NCBI GenBank assembly: GCA_964016885.1
Contig: OZ024743.1
Span: 112,406,001 to 112,470,000 of the forward strand
Direction: 5' to 3'
Origin: Eledone cirrhosa
Taxonomy: Eukaryota
Length of the DNA stretch: 64,000 nucleotides
A model generated the notes under the pieces. It was not told the origin of the DNA, did not search any database, and worked only from the letters and a program-made list of their open reading frames with translations. The translations under genes and the position numbers were made by a program. Positions 1 to 14,153 of the stretch are shown here, in pieces. Every line of letters starts with the position of its first letter. Positions within the stretch are counted from its first letter, which is position 1.

Positions 1-3000
1 GGTAGTGTTGGTGTTGGTGGTAGTTGTACTGGTGATGGTGTTGGTAGTGTTGGTGTTAGTGGTAGTGGTACTGGTGATGGTGTTGGTAGTGTTGGTGTTG
101 GTGATAGTTGTACTGGTGTTGGTGTTGGTAGTGTTGGTGTTGGTGATAGTTGTACTGGTGATGGTGTTGGTAGTCTTGGTGTTGGTGGTAGTTGTACTGG
201 TGATGGTGTTGGTAGTGTTGGTGTTGGTGATAGTTGTACTGGTGATGGTGTTGGTAGTGTTGGTGTTGGTGATAGTTGTACTGGTGATGGTGTTGGTAGT
301 GTTGGTGTTGGTGATAGTTGTACTGGTGATGGTGTTGGTAGCGTTGGTGTTGGTGATAGTTGTACTGGTGATGGTGTTGGTAGTGTTGGTGTTGGTGATA
401 GTTGTACTGGTGTTGGTGTTGGTAGTGTTGGTGTTGGTGGTAGTTGTACTGGTGATGGTGTTGGTAGTGTTGGTGTTGGTGGTAGTTGTACTGGTGATGG
501 TGTTGGTAGTCTTGGTGTTGGTGGTAGTGGTACTGGTGATAGTGTTGGTAGTGTTGGTGTTGGTGATAGTTGTACTGGTGATGGTGTTGGTAGCGTTGGT
601 GTTGGTGATAGTTGTACTGGTGATGGTGTTGGTAGTCTTGGTGTTGGTGATAGTTGTACTGGTGATGGTGTTGGTAGTCTTGGTGTTGGTGATAGTTGTA
701 CTGGTGATGGTGTTGGTAGTGTTGGTGTTGGTGATAGTTGTACTGGTGATGGTGTTGGTAGTGTTGGTGTTGGTGGTAGTTGTACTGGTGATGGTGTTGG
801 TAGTCTTGATGTTGGTGGTAGTTGTACTGGTGATGGTGTTGGAAGTGCTGGTGTTAGTGGTAGTTGTACTGGTGATGGTGTTGGTAGTGTTGGTGTTGGT
901 GATAGTTGTACTGGTGTTGGTGTTGGTAGTGTTGGTGTTGGTGGTAGTTGTACTGGTGATGGTGTTGGTAGTGTTGGTGTTGGTGTTAGTTGTACTGGTG
1001 ATGGTGTTGGTAGTGTTGGTGTTGGTGGTACTGGTGATGGTGTTGGTAGTGCTGGTGTTGGTGGTAGTTGTACTGGTGATGGTGTTGGTAGTGTTGGTGT
1101 TGGTGGTAGTTGTACTGGTGATGGTGTTGGTAGTGTTTGTGTTGGTGATAGTGGTACTGGTGATGGTGTTGGTAGTGTTGGTGTTGGTGGTAGTTGTACT
1201 GGTGATGGTGTTGGTAGCGTTGGTGTTGGTGATAGTTGTACTGGTGTTGGTGTTGGTAGTGTTGGTGTTGGTGGTACTGGTGATGGTGTTGGTAGTGTTG
1301 GTGTTGGTGATAGTTGTACTGGTGTTGGTGTTGGTAGTGTTGGTGTTGGTGGTAGTTGTACTGGTGATGGTGTTGGTAGTGCTGGTGTTGGTGGTAGTTG
1401 TACTGGTGATGGTGTTGGTAGTCTTGGTGTTGGTGGTAGTTGTACTGGTGATGGTGTTGGTAGTGTTGGTGTTGGTGGTAGTTGTACTGGTGATGGTGTT
1501 GGTAGTGCTGGTGTTGGTGGTAGTTGTACTGGTGATGGTGTTGGTAGTGTTGGTGTTGGTGATAGTTGTACTGTTGTTGGTGTTGGTAGTGTTGGTGTTA
1601 GTGATAGTGGTACTGGTGATGGTGTTGGTAGTGTTGGTGTTGGTGGTAGTTGTACTGGTGTTGGTGTTGGTAGTCTTGGTGTTGGTGGTAGTTGTACTGG
1701 TGTTGGTGTTGGTAGTGTTGGTGTTGGTGGTAGTTGTACTGGTGATGGCGTTGGTAGTGTTGGTGTTGGTGATAGTTGTACTGGTGATGGCGTTGGTAGT
1801 GTTGGTGTTGGTGATAGTTGTACTGGTGTTGGTGTTGGTAGTGTTGGTGTTGGTGGTAGTTGTACTGGTGTTGGTGTTGGTAGTGTTGGTGTTGGTGGTA
1901 GTTGTACTGGTGATGGTGTTGGTAGTGTTGGTGTTGGTGGTAGTTGTACTGGTGATGGTGTTGGTAGTGTTGGTGTTGGTGATAGTTGTACTGGTGATGG
2001 TGTTGGTAGTGTTGGTGTTGGTGGTAGTTGTACTGGTGTTGGTGTTGGTAGTCTTGGTGTTGGTGGTAGTTGTACTGGTGATGGTGTTGGTAGTGTTGGT
2101 GTTGGTGATAGTGGTACTGGTGATGGTGTTGGTAGTGTTGGTGTTGGTGGTAGTTGTACTGGTGATGGTGTTGGTAGTGTTGGTGTTGGTGATAGTGGTA
2201 CTGGTGATGGTGTTGGTAGTGTTGGTGTTGGTGATAGTTGTACTGGTGATGGTGTTGGTAGTGTTGGTGTTAGTGGTAGTTGTACTGGTGATGGTGTTGG
2301 TAGTGTTGGTGTTAGTGGTAGTTGTACTGGTGATGGTGTTGGTAGTGTTGGTGTTAGTGGTAGTTGTACTGGTGATGGTGTTGGTAGTGTTGGTGTTAGT
2401 GGTAGTTGTACTGGTGATGGTGTTGGTAGTGTTGGTGTTAGTGGTAGTTGTACTGGTGATGGTGTTGGTAGTGTTGGTGTTAGTGGTAGTTGTACTGGTG
2501 ATGGTGTTGGTAGTGTTGGTGTTAGTGGTAGTTGTACTGGTGATGGTGTTGGTAGTGTTGGTGTTAGTGGTAGTTGTACTGGTGATGGTGTTGGTAGTGT
2601 TGGTGTTAGTGGTAGTTGTACTGGTGATGGTGTTGGTAGTGTTGGTGTTGGTGATAGTTGTACTGGTGATGGTGTTGGTAGTGTTGGTGTTAGTGGTAGT
2701 TGTACTGGTGATGGTGTTGGTAGTGTTGGTGTTGGTGATAGTTGTACTGGTGATGGTGTTGGTTGTGTTGGTGTTGGTGATAGTTGTACTGGTGATGGTG
2801 TTGGTAGTGTTGGTGTTGGTGATAGTTGTACTGGTGACGGTGTTGGTAGTGTTGGTGTTAGTGGTAGTTGTACTGGTGATGGTGTTGGTAGTGTTGGTGT
2901 TGGTGGTAGTTGTACTGGTGATGGTGTTGGTAGTGTTGGTGTTAGTGGTAGTGGTAGTGGTGATGGTGTTGGTAGTGTTGGTGTTAGTGGTAGTGGTAGT

Positions 3001-6000
3001 GGTGATGGTGTTGGTAGTGTTGGTGTTAGTGGTAGTTGTACTGGTGATGGTGTTGGTAGTGTTGGTGTTGGTGATAGTTGTACTGGTGTTGGTGTTGGTA
3101 GTGTTGGTGTTGGTGATAGTTGTACTGGTGATAGTGTTGGTAGTGTTGGTGTTGGTGGTAGTTGTACTGGTGATGGTGTTGGTAGTCTTGGTGTTGGTGG
3201 TAGTTGTACTGGTGATGGTGTTGGTAGTGCTGGTGTTGGTGGTAGTTGTACTGGTGATGTTGATGGTAGTCTTGGTGTTGGTGATAGTTGTACTGGTGTT
3301 GGTGTTGGTAGTCTTGGTGTTGGTGATAGTTGTACTGGTGATGGTGTTGGTAGTGTTGGTGTTAGTGGTAGTGGTACTGGTGATGGTGTTGGTAGTCTTG
3401 GTGTTGGTGGTAGTTGTACTGGTGATGGTGTTGGTAGTGTTGGTGTTGGTGATAGTTGTACTGGTGATGGTGTTGGTAGTCTTGGTGTTGGTGGAAGTTG
3501 TACTGGTGATGGTGTTGGTAGTCTTGGTGTTGGTGGTAGTTGTACTGGTGATGGTGTTGGTAGTGCTGGTGTTGGTGGTAGTTGTACTGGTGATGGTGTT
3601 GGTAGTGTTGGTGTTGGTGATAGTTGTACTGGTGATGGTGTTGGTAGCGTTGGTGTTGATGATAGTTGTACTGGTGATGGTGTTGGTAGTGTTGGTGTTA
3701 GTGGTAGTGGTACTGGTGATGGTGTTGGTAGTCTTGGTGTTGGTGGTAGTTGTACTGGTGATGGTGTTGGTAGTGTTGGTGTTGGTGATAGTTGTACTGG
3801 TGATGGTGTTGGTAGTGTTGGTGTTGGTGATAGTTGTACTGGTGATGGTGTTGGTAGTGTTGGTGTTAGTGATAGTTGTACTGGTGTTGGTGTTGGTAGT
3901 GTTGGTGTTGGTGATAGTTGTACTGGTGATGGTGTTGGTAGTGTTGGTGTTGGTGGTAGTTGTACTGGTGATGGTGTTGGTAGTGTTGGTGTTGGTGGTA
4001 GTTGTACTGGTGATGGTGTTGGTAGTGCTGGTGTTGGTGGTAGTTGTACTGGTGATGGTGTTGGTAGTGTTGGTGTTGGTGGTAGTTGTACTGGTGATGG
4101 TGTTGTTAGTGTTGGTGTTGGTGGTAGTTGTACTGGTGATGGTGTTGGTAGTGTTGGTGTTGGTGATAGTTGTACTGGTGATGGTGTTGGTAGTCTTGGT
4201 GTTGGTGATAGTTGTACTGGTGATGGTGTTGGTAGTGTTGGTGTTGGTGATAGTTGTACTGGTGTTGGTGTTGGTAGTCTTGGTGTTGGTGGTAGTTGTA
4301 CTGGTGATGGTGTTGGTAGTGTTGGTGTTGGTGGTAGTTGTACTGTTGATGGTGTTGGTAGTGTTGGTGTTGGTGGTAGTTGTACTGGTGATGGTGTTGG
4401 TGGTAGTTGTACTGGTGATGGTGTTGGTAGTCTTGGTGTTGGTGATAGTTGTACTGGTGATGGTGTTGGTAGTGTTGGTGTTGGTGATAGTTGTACTGGT
4501 GATGGTGTTGGTAGTCTTGGTGTTGGTGATAGTTGTACTGGTGATGGTGTTGGTAGTCTTGGTGTTGGTGATAGTTGTACTGGTGATGGTGTTGGTAGCG
4601 TTGGTGTTGGTGATAGTTGTACTGGTGTTGGTGTTGGTAGTCTTGGTGTTGGTGATAGTTGTACTGGTGATGGTGTTGGTAGTGTTGGTGTTAGTGATAG
4701 TTGTACTGGTGATGGTGTTGGTAGTCTTGGTGTTGGTGATAGTTGTACTGGTGATGGTGTTGGTAGTCTTGGTGTTGGTGATAGTTGTACTGGTGTTGGT
4801 GTTGGTAGCGTTGGTGTTGGTGGTAGTTGTACTGGTGATAGTGTTGGTAGTGTTGGTGTTAGTTGGAGTTGTACTGGTGATGGTGTTGGTAGTGTTGGTG
4901 TTGGTGGTAGTTGTACTGGTGTTGGTGTTGGTAGTCTTGGTGTTGGTGATAGTTGTACTGGTGATGGTGTTGGTAGCGTTGGTGTTGGTGATAGTTGTAC
5001 TGGTGATGGTGTTGGTAGTGTTGGTGTTGGTGGTAGTTGTACTGGTGTTGGTGTTGGTAGTCTTGGTGTTGGTGATAGTTGTACTGGTGATGGTGTTGGT
5101 AGCGTTGGTGTTGGTGATAGTTGTACTGGTGTTGGTGTTGGTAGTGTTGGTGTTGGTGGTAGTTGTACTGGTGATGGTGTTGGTAGTGTTGGTGTTGGTG
5201 GTAGTTGTACTGGTGATGGTGTTGGTAGTGTTGGTGTTGGTGTTGGTGGTAGTTGTACTGGTGATGGTGTTGGTAGTGTTGGTGTTGGTGGTAGTTGTAC
5301 TGGTGATGGTGTTGGTAGTGTTGGTGTTGGTGGTACTGGTGATGGTGTTGGAAGTGTTGGTGTTGGTGATAGTTGTACTGGTGATGGTGTTGGTAGTGTT
5401 GGTGTTGGTGATAGTTGTACTGGTGTTGGTGTTGGTAGTGTTGGTGTTGGTGATAGTTGTACTGGTGATGGTGTTGGTAGTCTTGGTGTTGGTGGTAGTT
5501 GTACTGGTGTTGGTGTTGGTAGTGCTGGTGTTGGTGGTAGTTGTACTGGTGATGGTGTTGGTAGTGTTGGTGTTGGTGGTAGTTGTACTGGTGATGGTGT
5601 TGGTAGTCTTGGTGTTGGTGATAGTTGTACTGGTGTTGGTGTTGGTAGTGCTGGTGTTGGTGGTAGTTGTACTGGTGATGGTGTTGGTAGTGTTGGTGTT
5701 GGTGGTAGTTGTACTGGTGATGGTGTTGGTAGTCTTGGTGTTGGTGGTAGTTGTACTGGTGATAGTGTTGGTAGTGTTGGTGTTGGTGATAGTTGTACTG
5801 GTGATGGTGTTGGTAGTGTTGGTGTTGGTGATAGTTGTACTGGTGATAGTGTTGGTAGTGTTGGTGTTGGTGATAGTTGTACTGGTGATGGTGTTGGTAG
5901 TGTTGGTGTTGGTGGTAGTTGTACTGGTGATGGTGTTGGTAGTCTTGGTGTTGGTGGTAGTTGTACTGGTGATGGTGTTGGTAGTGTTGGTGTTGGTGGT

Positions 6001-6270
6001 AGTTGTACTGGTGATGGTGTTGGTAGTGTTGGTGTTGGTGATAGCTGTACTGGTGATGGTGTTGGTAGTGTTGGTGTTGGTGGTAGTTGTACTGGTGATG
6101 GTGTTGGTAGTGTTGGTGTTGGTGGTAGTTGTACTGGTGATGGTGTTGGTAGTGTTGGTGTTGGTGGTAGTTGTACTGGTGATGGTGTTGGTAGTGTTGG
6201 TGTTGGTGATAGTTGTACTGGTGATGGTGTTGGTAGTGTTGGTGTTGGTGGTAGTGGTACTGGTGATGGT
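1..6270. repeat. 42-bp minisatellite (GGTAGTGTTGGTGTTGGTGATAGTTGTACTGGTGATGGTGTT)n, continues past window start
   Basis: Unit recurs every 42 nt with few variants; the 2135-aa V/L ORF is a by-product. Confidence 0.95.
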
Positions 6271-7479
6271 GTTGTTGCTCACAATATTGTTAGAGATGTT
6301 TTTGTTGTTTAATGTGGAGGTGGTTTTGTTAGTGTTAGTGTTAGCTGTTCTGTTGCTTCTGGGTATGGTACTGTTAATGATGTTTGTGATGTTAATGGTA
6401 GTTGTCATATGACTGGGGGTGATGTTAGTTTTGTTATTGTTTGGTAGTGGTGGTGATGGTGGTGGTGGTGGTGTTAGCGGTAGTTGGGTTGGTACTGGTG
6501 ATATTATTGGTGTTGTTGTCATTAATGGTAGCTGTACTGGTACTCGCGGTGATAATATTGTTGTTGGTATTGTTGATGTTAGTGATAATTGTGCTGCTAT
6601 TGTTCTAGTAATACTGGTGGTGGTGGTAGTGGTGGTGTTGGTGAAGGTGGCGCTGGTGGTGCTGGTGGTGCTGGTGCTAGTGCTGGTGGTGCTGGTGATG
6701 GTGGTGTTGTGGTGGTGGTGGTGGTGGTGGTCTTGTTGTTGTTGTTGTCGTTGTTGTTGGTGGTGGTGGTGGTGGTTGTGGTGGTGGTGCTCGTGTTGGT
6801 GTTGGTTGTATTGACGTGCGGTGGTGTTAGTGGTAGTTGTGCTGGTACTAGTGGTGTTAGTGCTGGTGTCATTTGTTGTGATAGTTGTTGTGATGTTAGT
6901 GGCAGTTGTTCTGCTACAGGATATGGTTTTGTTGGTATCGTCGTTATTTATGCTGCTGGTGATGTTGTTAGTGATAGTCGTATTGTTACTATTTGTTGTG
7001 GAAATGTTGTTAGTATTGATGGTGACAGGGTGTGAAAACTAACAAACAAACAAATTATTTAACTAACAATCACAGAAATAGAGAAAATAAAATTAAAACC
7101 AGCAAAAAGGAGATGATTGTGGGCTGTATCCCCACCCTACTATTGAGTGATGTAAAGCAGTTGAGGGGGTTGGGGAAGGTTGGTATTTAGTTGGGTGGGG
7201 TGAGTTATTTGTATGGGTTGGTGGCTGGACTGAAATAAGGTGTTGTCTAACGATATGTTGTGATGTTATAAATTCAGTGAGGGTGTTAATAAGGGTGATG
7301 TGGGAACGGTTAAGGGGGTTGTAATGGAGCGGGGGCGTTGCGAATGATAGTAAAGTGAGGCTGTAAGATGAGTTGTGCTGAGTGAGATAATAAGTAGAGT
7401 TTGTGGTGAGGTTAGGATGAGGATGGCGGATTTGATGATGATTACGTTGATAATAATATTGCTTTTGCTGCTACATCAG

Positions 7480-7725
7480 CTGATGATGATGATGATGATG
7501 ATGATGATGACGATGATGGTGATGATGATGATGATGATGACAATGCCGCTGCTGGTGACGGCGGTGGCGGTGGCGGTGGTTTCTAGCACGTTGAGTAGAA
7601 TAACAAACAAATATTAAGAAACTATTGTGACGATAAAATGATGTCAAAAATGACGAAATATAGGTGATGATGATGATGGTGATGATGATGGTGATGATGA
7701 TGGGGATGGTGATGGGGATGGTGAA

Positions 7726-7762
<37 letters not shown>

Positions 7763-7769
7763 GTGATGC

Positions 7770-7835
<66 letters not shown>

Positions 7836-7960
7836 CGATGACGACGGCGATGTTGGTAATGATGGTGACGGTGATGTTAGGGAAGATGGTGATGGCGATG
7901 TTAGGGGACAACAGTGATAGTGATGGTGATGGTGATGATGATGGTCATGTTAGTGACGAT
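7480..7960. repeat. (GAT)n / GAT-GGT low-complexity tract
   Basis: Direct reading. Confidence 0.9.
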
Positions 7961-8100
7961 AATTGTTTCTACGTTAGGCACAAGGCCAGCAAATTACCCC
8001 AGTGTATTACTGGTACTTTATTTTATCGACCTCGTAAGCATGAAAGGCAAAGTTAACCTCGGCGGGATTTGAACTCAGAACGGCAAGGGCCGTAACTCTA
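7961..8100 (-). mobile_element. tRNA-derived SINE with Nin/Deu-like domain (partial)
   Basis: Reverse strand reads GAGTTCAAATCCCGCCGAGGTTAACTTTGCCTTTCAT...GTCGATAAAATAAAGTACCAG; same family at 55.7, 58.4, 61.8 and 62.5 kb. Confidence 0.8.
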
Positions 8101-8429
8101 TGTTAGCGACAATAATGTCACTGATGACCATAGTGATGACGTGGTTAGTAATAAGGATGTTATTGATGGCGATGATAATGATGTTTACGGCGTGGGCGAT
8201 GTTAATGATGTTAATGATAGCGGTAGTGAGGATGGTGATGGTGATGTTAGTGATGATGATAACAACGATGACAATAGTGATGTCAGAGATGACGATGTTA
8301 GTGAGAGAGATGAGTGTGATGACAGTGCTGGTGAGAAGAGAGTGATGTATTGACGGCGTCAAGTAGAGAATTTGTAGAAATTTGTAGAAACAAAACAAAG
8401 TTCTACAAATTTCATACGTGACGACCCAA

Positions 8430-11400
8430 TATATGGTGGTGGTGATAGTGGTGGTGGTGGTGGTGATAGTGGTGAATATGGTGATAGTGGTGGTGGTGGT
8501 GGTGGTGGTGATAGTGGTGGTGGTGGTGGTGGTGGTGATAGTGGTGGTGGTGGTGGTGATAGTGGTGTATATGGTGATAGTGGTGGTGGTGGTGGTGGTG
8601 GTGGTGATAGTGGTGGTGGTGGTGGTGATAGTGGTGTATATAGTGATAGTGGTGGTGGTGGTGGTGATAGTGGTGTATATAGTGATAGTGGTGGTGGTGG
8701 TGGTGATGGTGGTGTATATAGTGATAGTGGTGGTGGTGGTGGTGATGGTGGTGTATATAGTGATAGTGGTGGTGGTGGTGGTGATAGTGGTGTATATGGT
8801 GATAGTGGTGGTGGTGGTGGTTGTGGTGATAGTGGTGGTGGTGGTGGTGATAGTGGTGAATATGGTGATAGTGGTGGTGGTAGTGGTGATGGTGGTGTAT
8901 ATGGTGATAGTGGTGGTGGTGGTGGTTGTGGTGATAGTGGTGGTGGTGGTGGTGATAGTGGTGAATATGGTGATAGTGGTGGTGGTAGTGGTGATGGTGG
9001 TGTATATAGTGATAGTGGTGGTGGTGGTGGTGATAGTGGTGTATATGGTGATAGTGGTGGTGGTGGTGGTGGTGGTGGTGATAGTGGTGGTGGTGGTGGT
9101 GATAGTGGTGTATATAGTGATAGTGGTGGTGGTGGTGGTGATAGTGGTGTATATGGTGATAGTGGTGGTGGTGGTGGTGGTTGTGGTGATAGTGGTGGTG
9201 GTGGTGGTGATAGTGGTGAATATGGTGATAGTGGTGGTGGTGGTGGTGATGGTGGTGTATATGGTGATAGTGGTGGTGGTGGTGGTGGTGGTGGTGATAG
9301 TGGTGGTGGTGGTGGTCATAGTGGTGTATATAGTGATAGTGGTGGTGGTGGTGGTGATAGTGGTGTATATAGTGATAGTGGTGGTGGTGGTGGTGATGGT
9401 GGTGTATATAGTGATAGTGGTGGTGGTGATGGTGGTGTATATAGTGATAGTGGTGGTGGTGGTGGTGATAGTGGTGTATATGGTGATAGTGGTGGTGGTG
9501 GTGGTGGTTGTGGTGATAGTGGTGGTGGTGGTGGTGATAGTGGTGAATATGGTGATAGTGGTGGTGGTAGTGGTGATGGTGGTGTATATGGTGATAGTGG
9601 TGGTGGTGGTGGTGGTGGTGGTGATAGTGGTGAATATGGTGATAGTGGTGGTGGTAGTGGTGATGGTGGTGTATATGGTGATAGTGGTGGTGGTGGTGGT
9701 GGTGGTGGTGATAGTGGTGGTGGTGGTGGTCATAGTGGTGAATATGGTGATAGTGGTGGTGGTAGTGGTGATGGTGGTGTATATAGTAATAGTGGTGGTG
9801 GTGGTGGTGATAGTGGTGTATATGGTGATAGTGGTGGTGGTGGTGGTGGTGGTGATAGTGGTGTATATAGTGATAGTGGTGGTGGTGGTGGTGATAGTGG
9901 TGTATATGGTGATAGTGGTGGTGGTGGTGGTGGTGGTGGTGATAGTGGTGGTGGTGGTGGTGATAGTGGTGTATATAGTGATAGTGGTGGTGGTGGTGGT
10001 GATAGTGGTGTATATAGTGATAGTGGTGGTGGTGGTGGTGATAGTGGTGTATATGGTGATAGCGGTGGTGGTGATGGTGGTGATAGTGGTGGTGGTGGTG
10101 GTAATAGTGGTGTATATGGTGATAGTGATGGTGGGGGTGGTGGTGATAGTGGTGTATATGGTGATAGCGGTGGTGGTGATGGTGGTGATAGTGGTGGTGG
10201 TGGTGGTGGTGGTGGTGGTGGTGGTGGTGGTGGTGGTGGTGATAGTGGTGGTGGTGGTGGTGGTGGTGGTGGTGATAGTGGTGGTGGTGGTGGTGATAGT
10301 GGTGTATATAGTGATAGTGGTTGTGGTGGTGGTGGTGATAGTGGTGGTGGTGGTGGTGATAGTGGTGTATATAGTGATAGTGGTTGTGGTGGTGGTGGTG
10401 ATAGTGGTGGTGGTGGTGGTGATAGTGGTGTATATGGTGATAGCGGTGGTGGTCATGGTGGTGGTGGTGGTGGTGGTGGTGATAGTGGTGGCGGTGGTGG
10501 TGATAGCTGTGTATATAGTGATAGTGGTGGTGGTGGTGGTGGTGATAGTGGTGTATATGGTGATAGTGGTGGTGGTGGTGGTGATAGTGGTGTATATGGT
10601 GATAGCGGTGGTGGTCATGGTGGTGATAGTGGTGGTGGTGGTGGTGGTGGTGGTGATAGTGGTGTATATGGTGATAGTGGTGGTGGGGTGGTGGTGGTGG
10701 TGATGGTGGTGGTGGTGATAGTGGTCTATATGGTGATAGTGGTGGTGGTGGTGATAGTGGTGTATATGGTGATAGTGGTGGTGGGGTGGTGGTGGTGGTG
10801 ATGGTGGTGGTGGTGATAGTGGTGTATATGGTGATAGTGGTTGTGGTGGTGATAGTGGTGTTGGTGGTGGTGGTGATAGTGGTGTATATGGTGATAGTGA
10901 TGGTGGTGGTGGTGGTGATAGTGGTGTATATGGTGATAGTGGTGGTGGTGTTGGTGGTGGTGAGAGTGGTGTATATTGTTATAGTGGTGGTGGTGGTGGT
11001 GGTGGTGAGAGTGGTGTATATGGTGATAGTTATGGTGGTTGTGGCGATAGTGGTGTATATGGTGATAATGGTGGTGGTGGTGGTGGTGGTGATAGTGGTG
11101 TATATGGTGATAGTGTTGGTGGTGGTGGTGGTGATAGTGATAGTGGTGGTGGGGGTGGTGGTGGTGATAGTGGTGGTGGTGGTGATAGTGGTGTATATGG
11201 TGATATTGATGTTGGTGGTGGTGGTGAAGTTTGTGGTAGATATGGTGATTGTGATGGTGGTGATAGTGATGTCGGTGGTGATAGTGGCGTATATGGTGAT
11301 AGTGATGATAGTGATGGCGCTGGTGATAGTGGTGTATATGGTGATAGTGATGATAGTGATGGTGATGATAGTGATGTCAATGTTTATAGTGATGGCGGTC

Positions 11401-11440
11401 GTGATGAATATAATGATGTTTATGGTGATAGTGATGGCTA
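8430..11440. repeat. Variable GGT-rich minisatellite (GTGTATATGGTGATAGT(GGT)n)
   Basis: Direct reading; the poly-T/V ORFs are artefacts. Confidence 0.9.
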
Positions 11441-11918
11441 TGTTATATGAAATGAGGTGAAAATGATGGGTTAGTGACAGAATAAAGTGGGCAATTTAGA
11501 TAAGCTGAGGTACACAAATGTAGAATACAATAAATGAGATATGAGGGGGTTGTTTGAGAAAATATGGAAGTGAGGTGAAGGCACGGAAAATGTGGTAAGG
11601 TGATGGTATGTCACAGGTGAAAGTGGGCTAACAATAAACTAAGGTAAGGGTAATGTAGGATGTGGGTTAAGATGGCAAGAAGCGTGGTTAAAGGAGGGTG
11701 GTGTTTATATGAAGGGAGATGAGATTAGATAAGGCAAGCGTAATGGGGGTTGATAAGGCGGCAAATTGAGACAGACTCATTAGAACATCGATTTGCATGC
11801 TTTGCATTCTTCAGTCTAGCACAGAGCTCTGATTTCAAATCCCGCCAAAGTCAATGTAGTCTTACGACACTTCGAGGTCGATAGAATTAACGTCAGTCCT
11901 GTACTGGACTCCATTCTT

Positions 11919-11995
<77 letters not shown>

Positions 11996-12185
11996 CCACC
12001 CCACTCCTACTGACTAGCCTCAGTGTCACGTGATTGATTCTTTAGAATCTGCCACTTGACCAGATACAGTGAACTTTTTCAGTGCTATGGAATTTAGTCC
12101 CCGCTAGCTGTTCCATCCACCGAATTATTATTTTTATATGAGTTCCTAGTGTCCGCGCATTGCCTGAGGACTTAGCTGAGAATAG

Positions 12186-12267
12186 ACTCCCTGATAACGT
12201 AATGAATTCTCGATAGTTACATTGCGTAACTATATTTATCCCATTACAGAAACTAATTAGTTGGAGT
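12186..12267 (+). ncRNA. Degenerate type I hammerhead ribozyme
   Basis: actcc-CTGATAA-cgtaatg..cattaca-GAAA-CTAATTAG-TT-ggagt; stem I actcc/ggagt, palindromic stem III, C3-A8 mismatch. Confidence 0.55.
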
Positions 12268-12438
12268 GAAAATTTTAGTAAGTAAGTTAATTTTTAATTT
12301 TTAAAATTTTCTTATTTTACGTCTTTCATATAATTGTTTTGCATCCCCCTGCATAGAACCACCTAGGTACTATGACATAACTTATGTATTTGCTAGCATT
12401 AGTGTACATCTGTACGCATAAGTTGGTAAATATACTAA

Positions 12439-12506
<68 letters not shown>

Positions 12507-12710
12507 GTAAGTATGCATGTATACGTACATACATATATGTATACAGACGTACAGAAGCATGCACATATATATATATATATACATATATATATACATATGC
12601 ATACAGGTACACATACATATATGCACGTATCAGTTTAGCGGCGCTAACGTCGCTTTGTTCGTTTGTAAACAAACTGAACAGCCTGAATTTATGCCATACG
12701 GTGTTAAGGC

Positions 12711-12755
12711 AACGGTGCTGATGATAGCTAACAAGCTTGAAACTAGTACATCGTT
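12711..12755 (+). ncRNA. Minimal type I hammerhead ribozyme, copy 1
   Basis: aacggtg-CTGATGA-tagc taacaa gctt-GAAA-CTAG-TA-catcgtt. Confidence 0.8.
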
Positions 12756-13176
12756 CCTGTGTCAGTGTTGAACAAAAAGGTGACGTGGTTGCCTTAACAC
12801 CGTATGGCATAAATTCAGGCTGTTCAGTTTGTTTACAAACGAACAAAGCGACGTTAGCGCCGCTAAACTGATACGTGCATATATGTATGTGTACCTGTAT
12901 GCATATGTATATATATATGTATATATATATATATATGTGCATGCTACTGTACGTCTGTATACATATATGTATGTACGTATACATGCATACTTACATTTAA
13001 GTAAGTGCCATACTAAGAGTGAGAAATGAAATTTCGTTTTCATTTTGTTTCAATTTATCGTTTTCGGTATGCCTGACCGATTTAACTCACTCAATATGCA
13101 AATTAGGCTGCTCAGCCGTTAATTTTCATAAGGAAAGTATATACTTTCGAACGTTCAACTATCTGGCAGATGGGTA

Positions 13177-13221
13177 AACGGTGCTGATGATAGCTAACAA
13201 GCTTGAAACTAGTACATCGTT
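13177..13221 (+). ncRNA. Minimal type I hammerhead ribozyme, copy 2
   Basis: Identical to copy 1. Confidence 0.8.
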
Positions 13222-13642
13222 CCTGTGTCAGTGTTGAACAAAAAGGTGACGTGGTTGCCTTAACACCGTATGGCATAAATTCAGGCTGTTCAGTTTGTTT
13301 ACAAACGAACAAAGCGACGTTAGCGCCGCTAAACTGATACGTGCATATATGTATGTGTACCTGTATGCATATGTATATATATATGTATATATATATATAT
13401 ATGTGCATGCTACTGTACGTTTGTATACATATATGTATGTACGTATACATGCATACTTACATTTAAGTAAGTGCCATACTAAGAGTGAGAAATGAAATTT
13501 CGTTTTCATTTTGTTTCAATTTATCGTTTTCGGTATGCCTGACCGATTTAACTCACTCAATATGCAAATTAGGCTGCTCAGCCGTTAATTTTCATAAGGA
13601 AAGTATATACTTTCGAACGTTCAACTATCTGGCAGATGGGTA

Positions 13643-13687
13643 AACGGTGCTGATGAGAGCTAACAAGCTTGAAACTAGTACATCGTT
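13643..13687 (+). ncRNA. Minimal type I hammerhead ribozyme, copy 3 (G at 10.1)
   Basis: CTGATGA-gagc taacaa gctt-GAAA-CTAG-TA. Confidence 0.85.
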
Positions 13688-14108
13688 CCTGTGTCAGTGT
13701 TGAACAAAAAGGTGACGTGGTTGCCTTAACACCGTATGGCATAAATTCAGGCTGTTCAGTTTGTTTACAAACGAACAAAGCGACGTTAGCGCCGCTAAAC
13801 TGATACGTGCATATATGTATGTGTACCTGTATGCATATGTATATATATATGTATATATATATATATATGTGCATGCTACTGTACGTCTGTATACATATAT
13901 GTATGTACGTATACATGCATACTTACATTTAAGTAAGTGCCATATTAAGAGTGAGAAATGAAATTTCGTTTTCATTTTGTTTCAATTTATCGTTTTCGGT
14001 ATGCCTGACCGATTTAACTCACTCAATATGCAAATTAGGCTGCTCAGCCGTTAATTTTCATAAGGAAAGTATATACTTTCGAACGTTCAACTATCTGGCA
14101 GATGGGTA

Positions 14109-14153
14109 AACGGTGCTGATGAGAGCTAACAAGCTTGAAACTAGTACATCGTT
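14109..14153 (+). ncRNA. Minimal type I hammerhead ribozyme, copy 4 (G at 10.1)
   Basis: As copy 3. Confidence 0.85.

Noticed and set aside
5-6412. 2135-aa V/L-rich ORF as a membrane protein
   Set aside because: Translation of a 42-bp minisatellite; composition implausible
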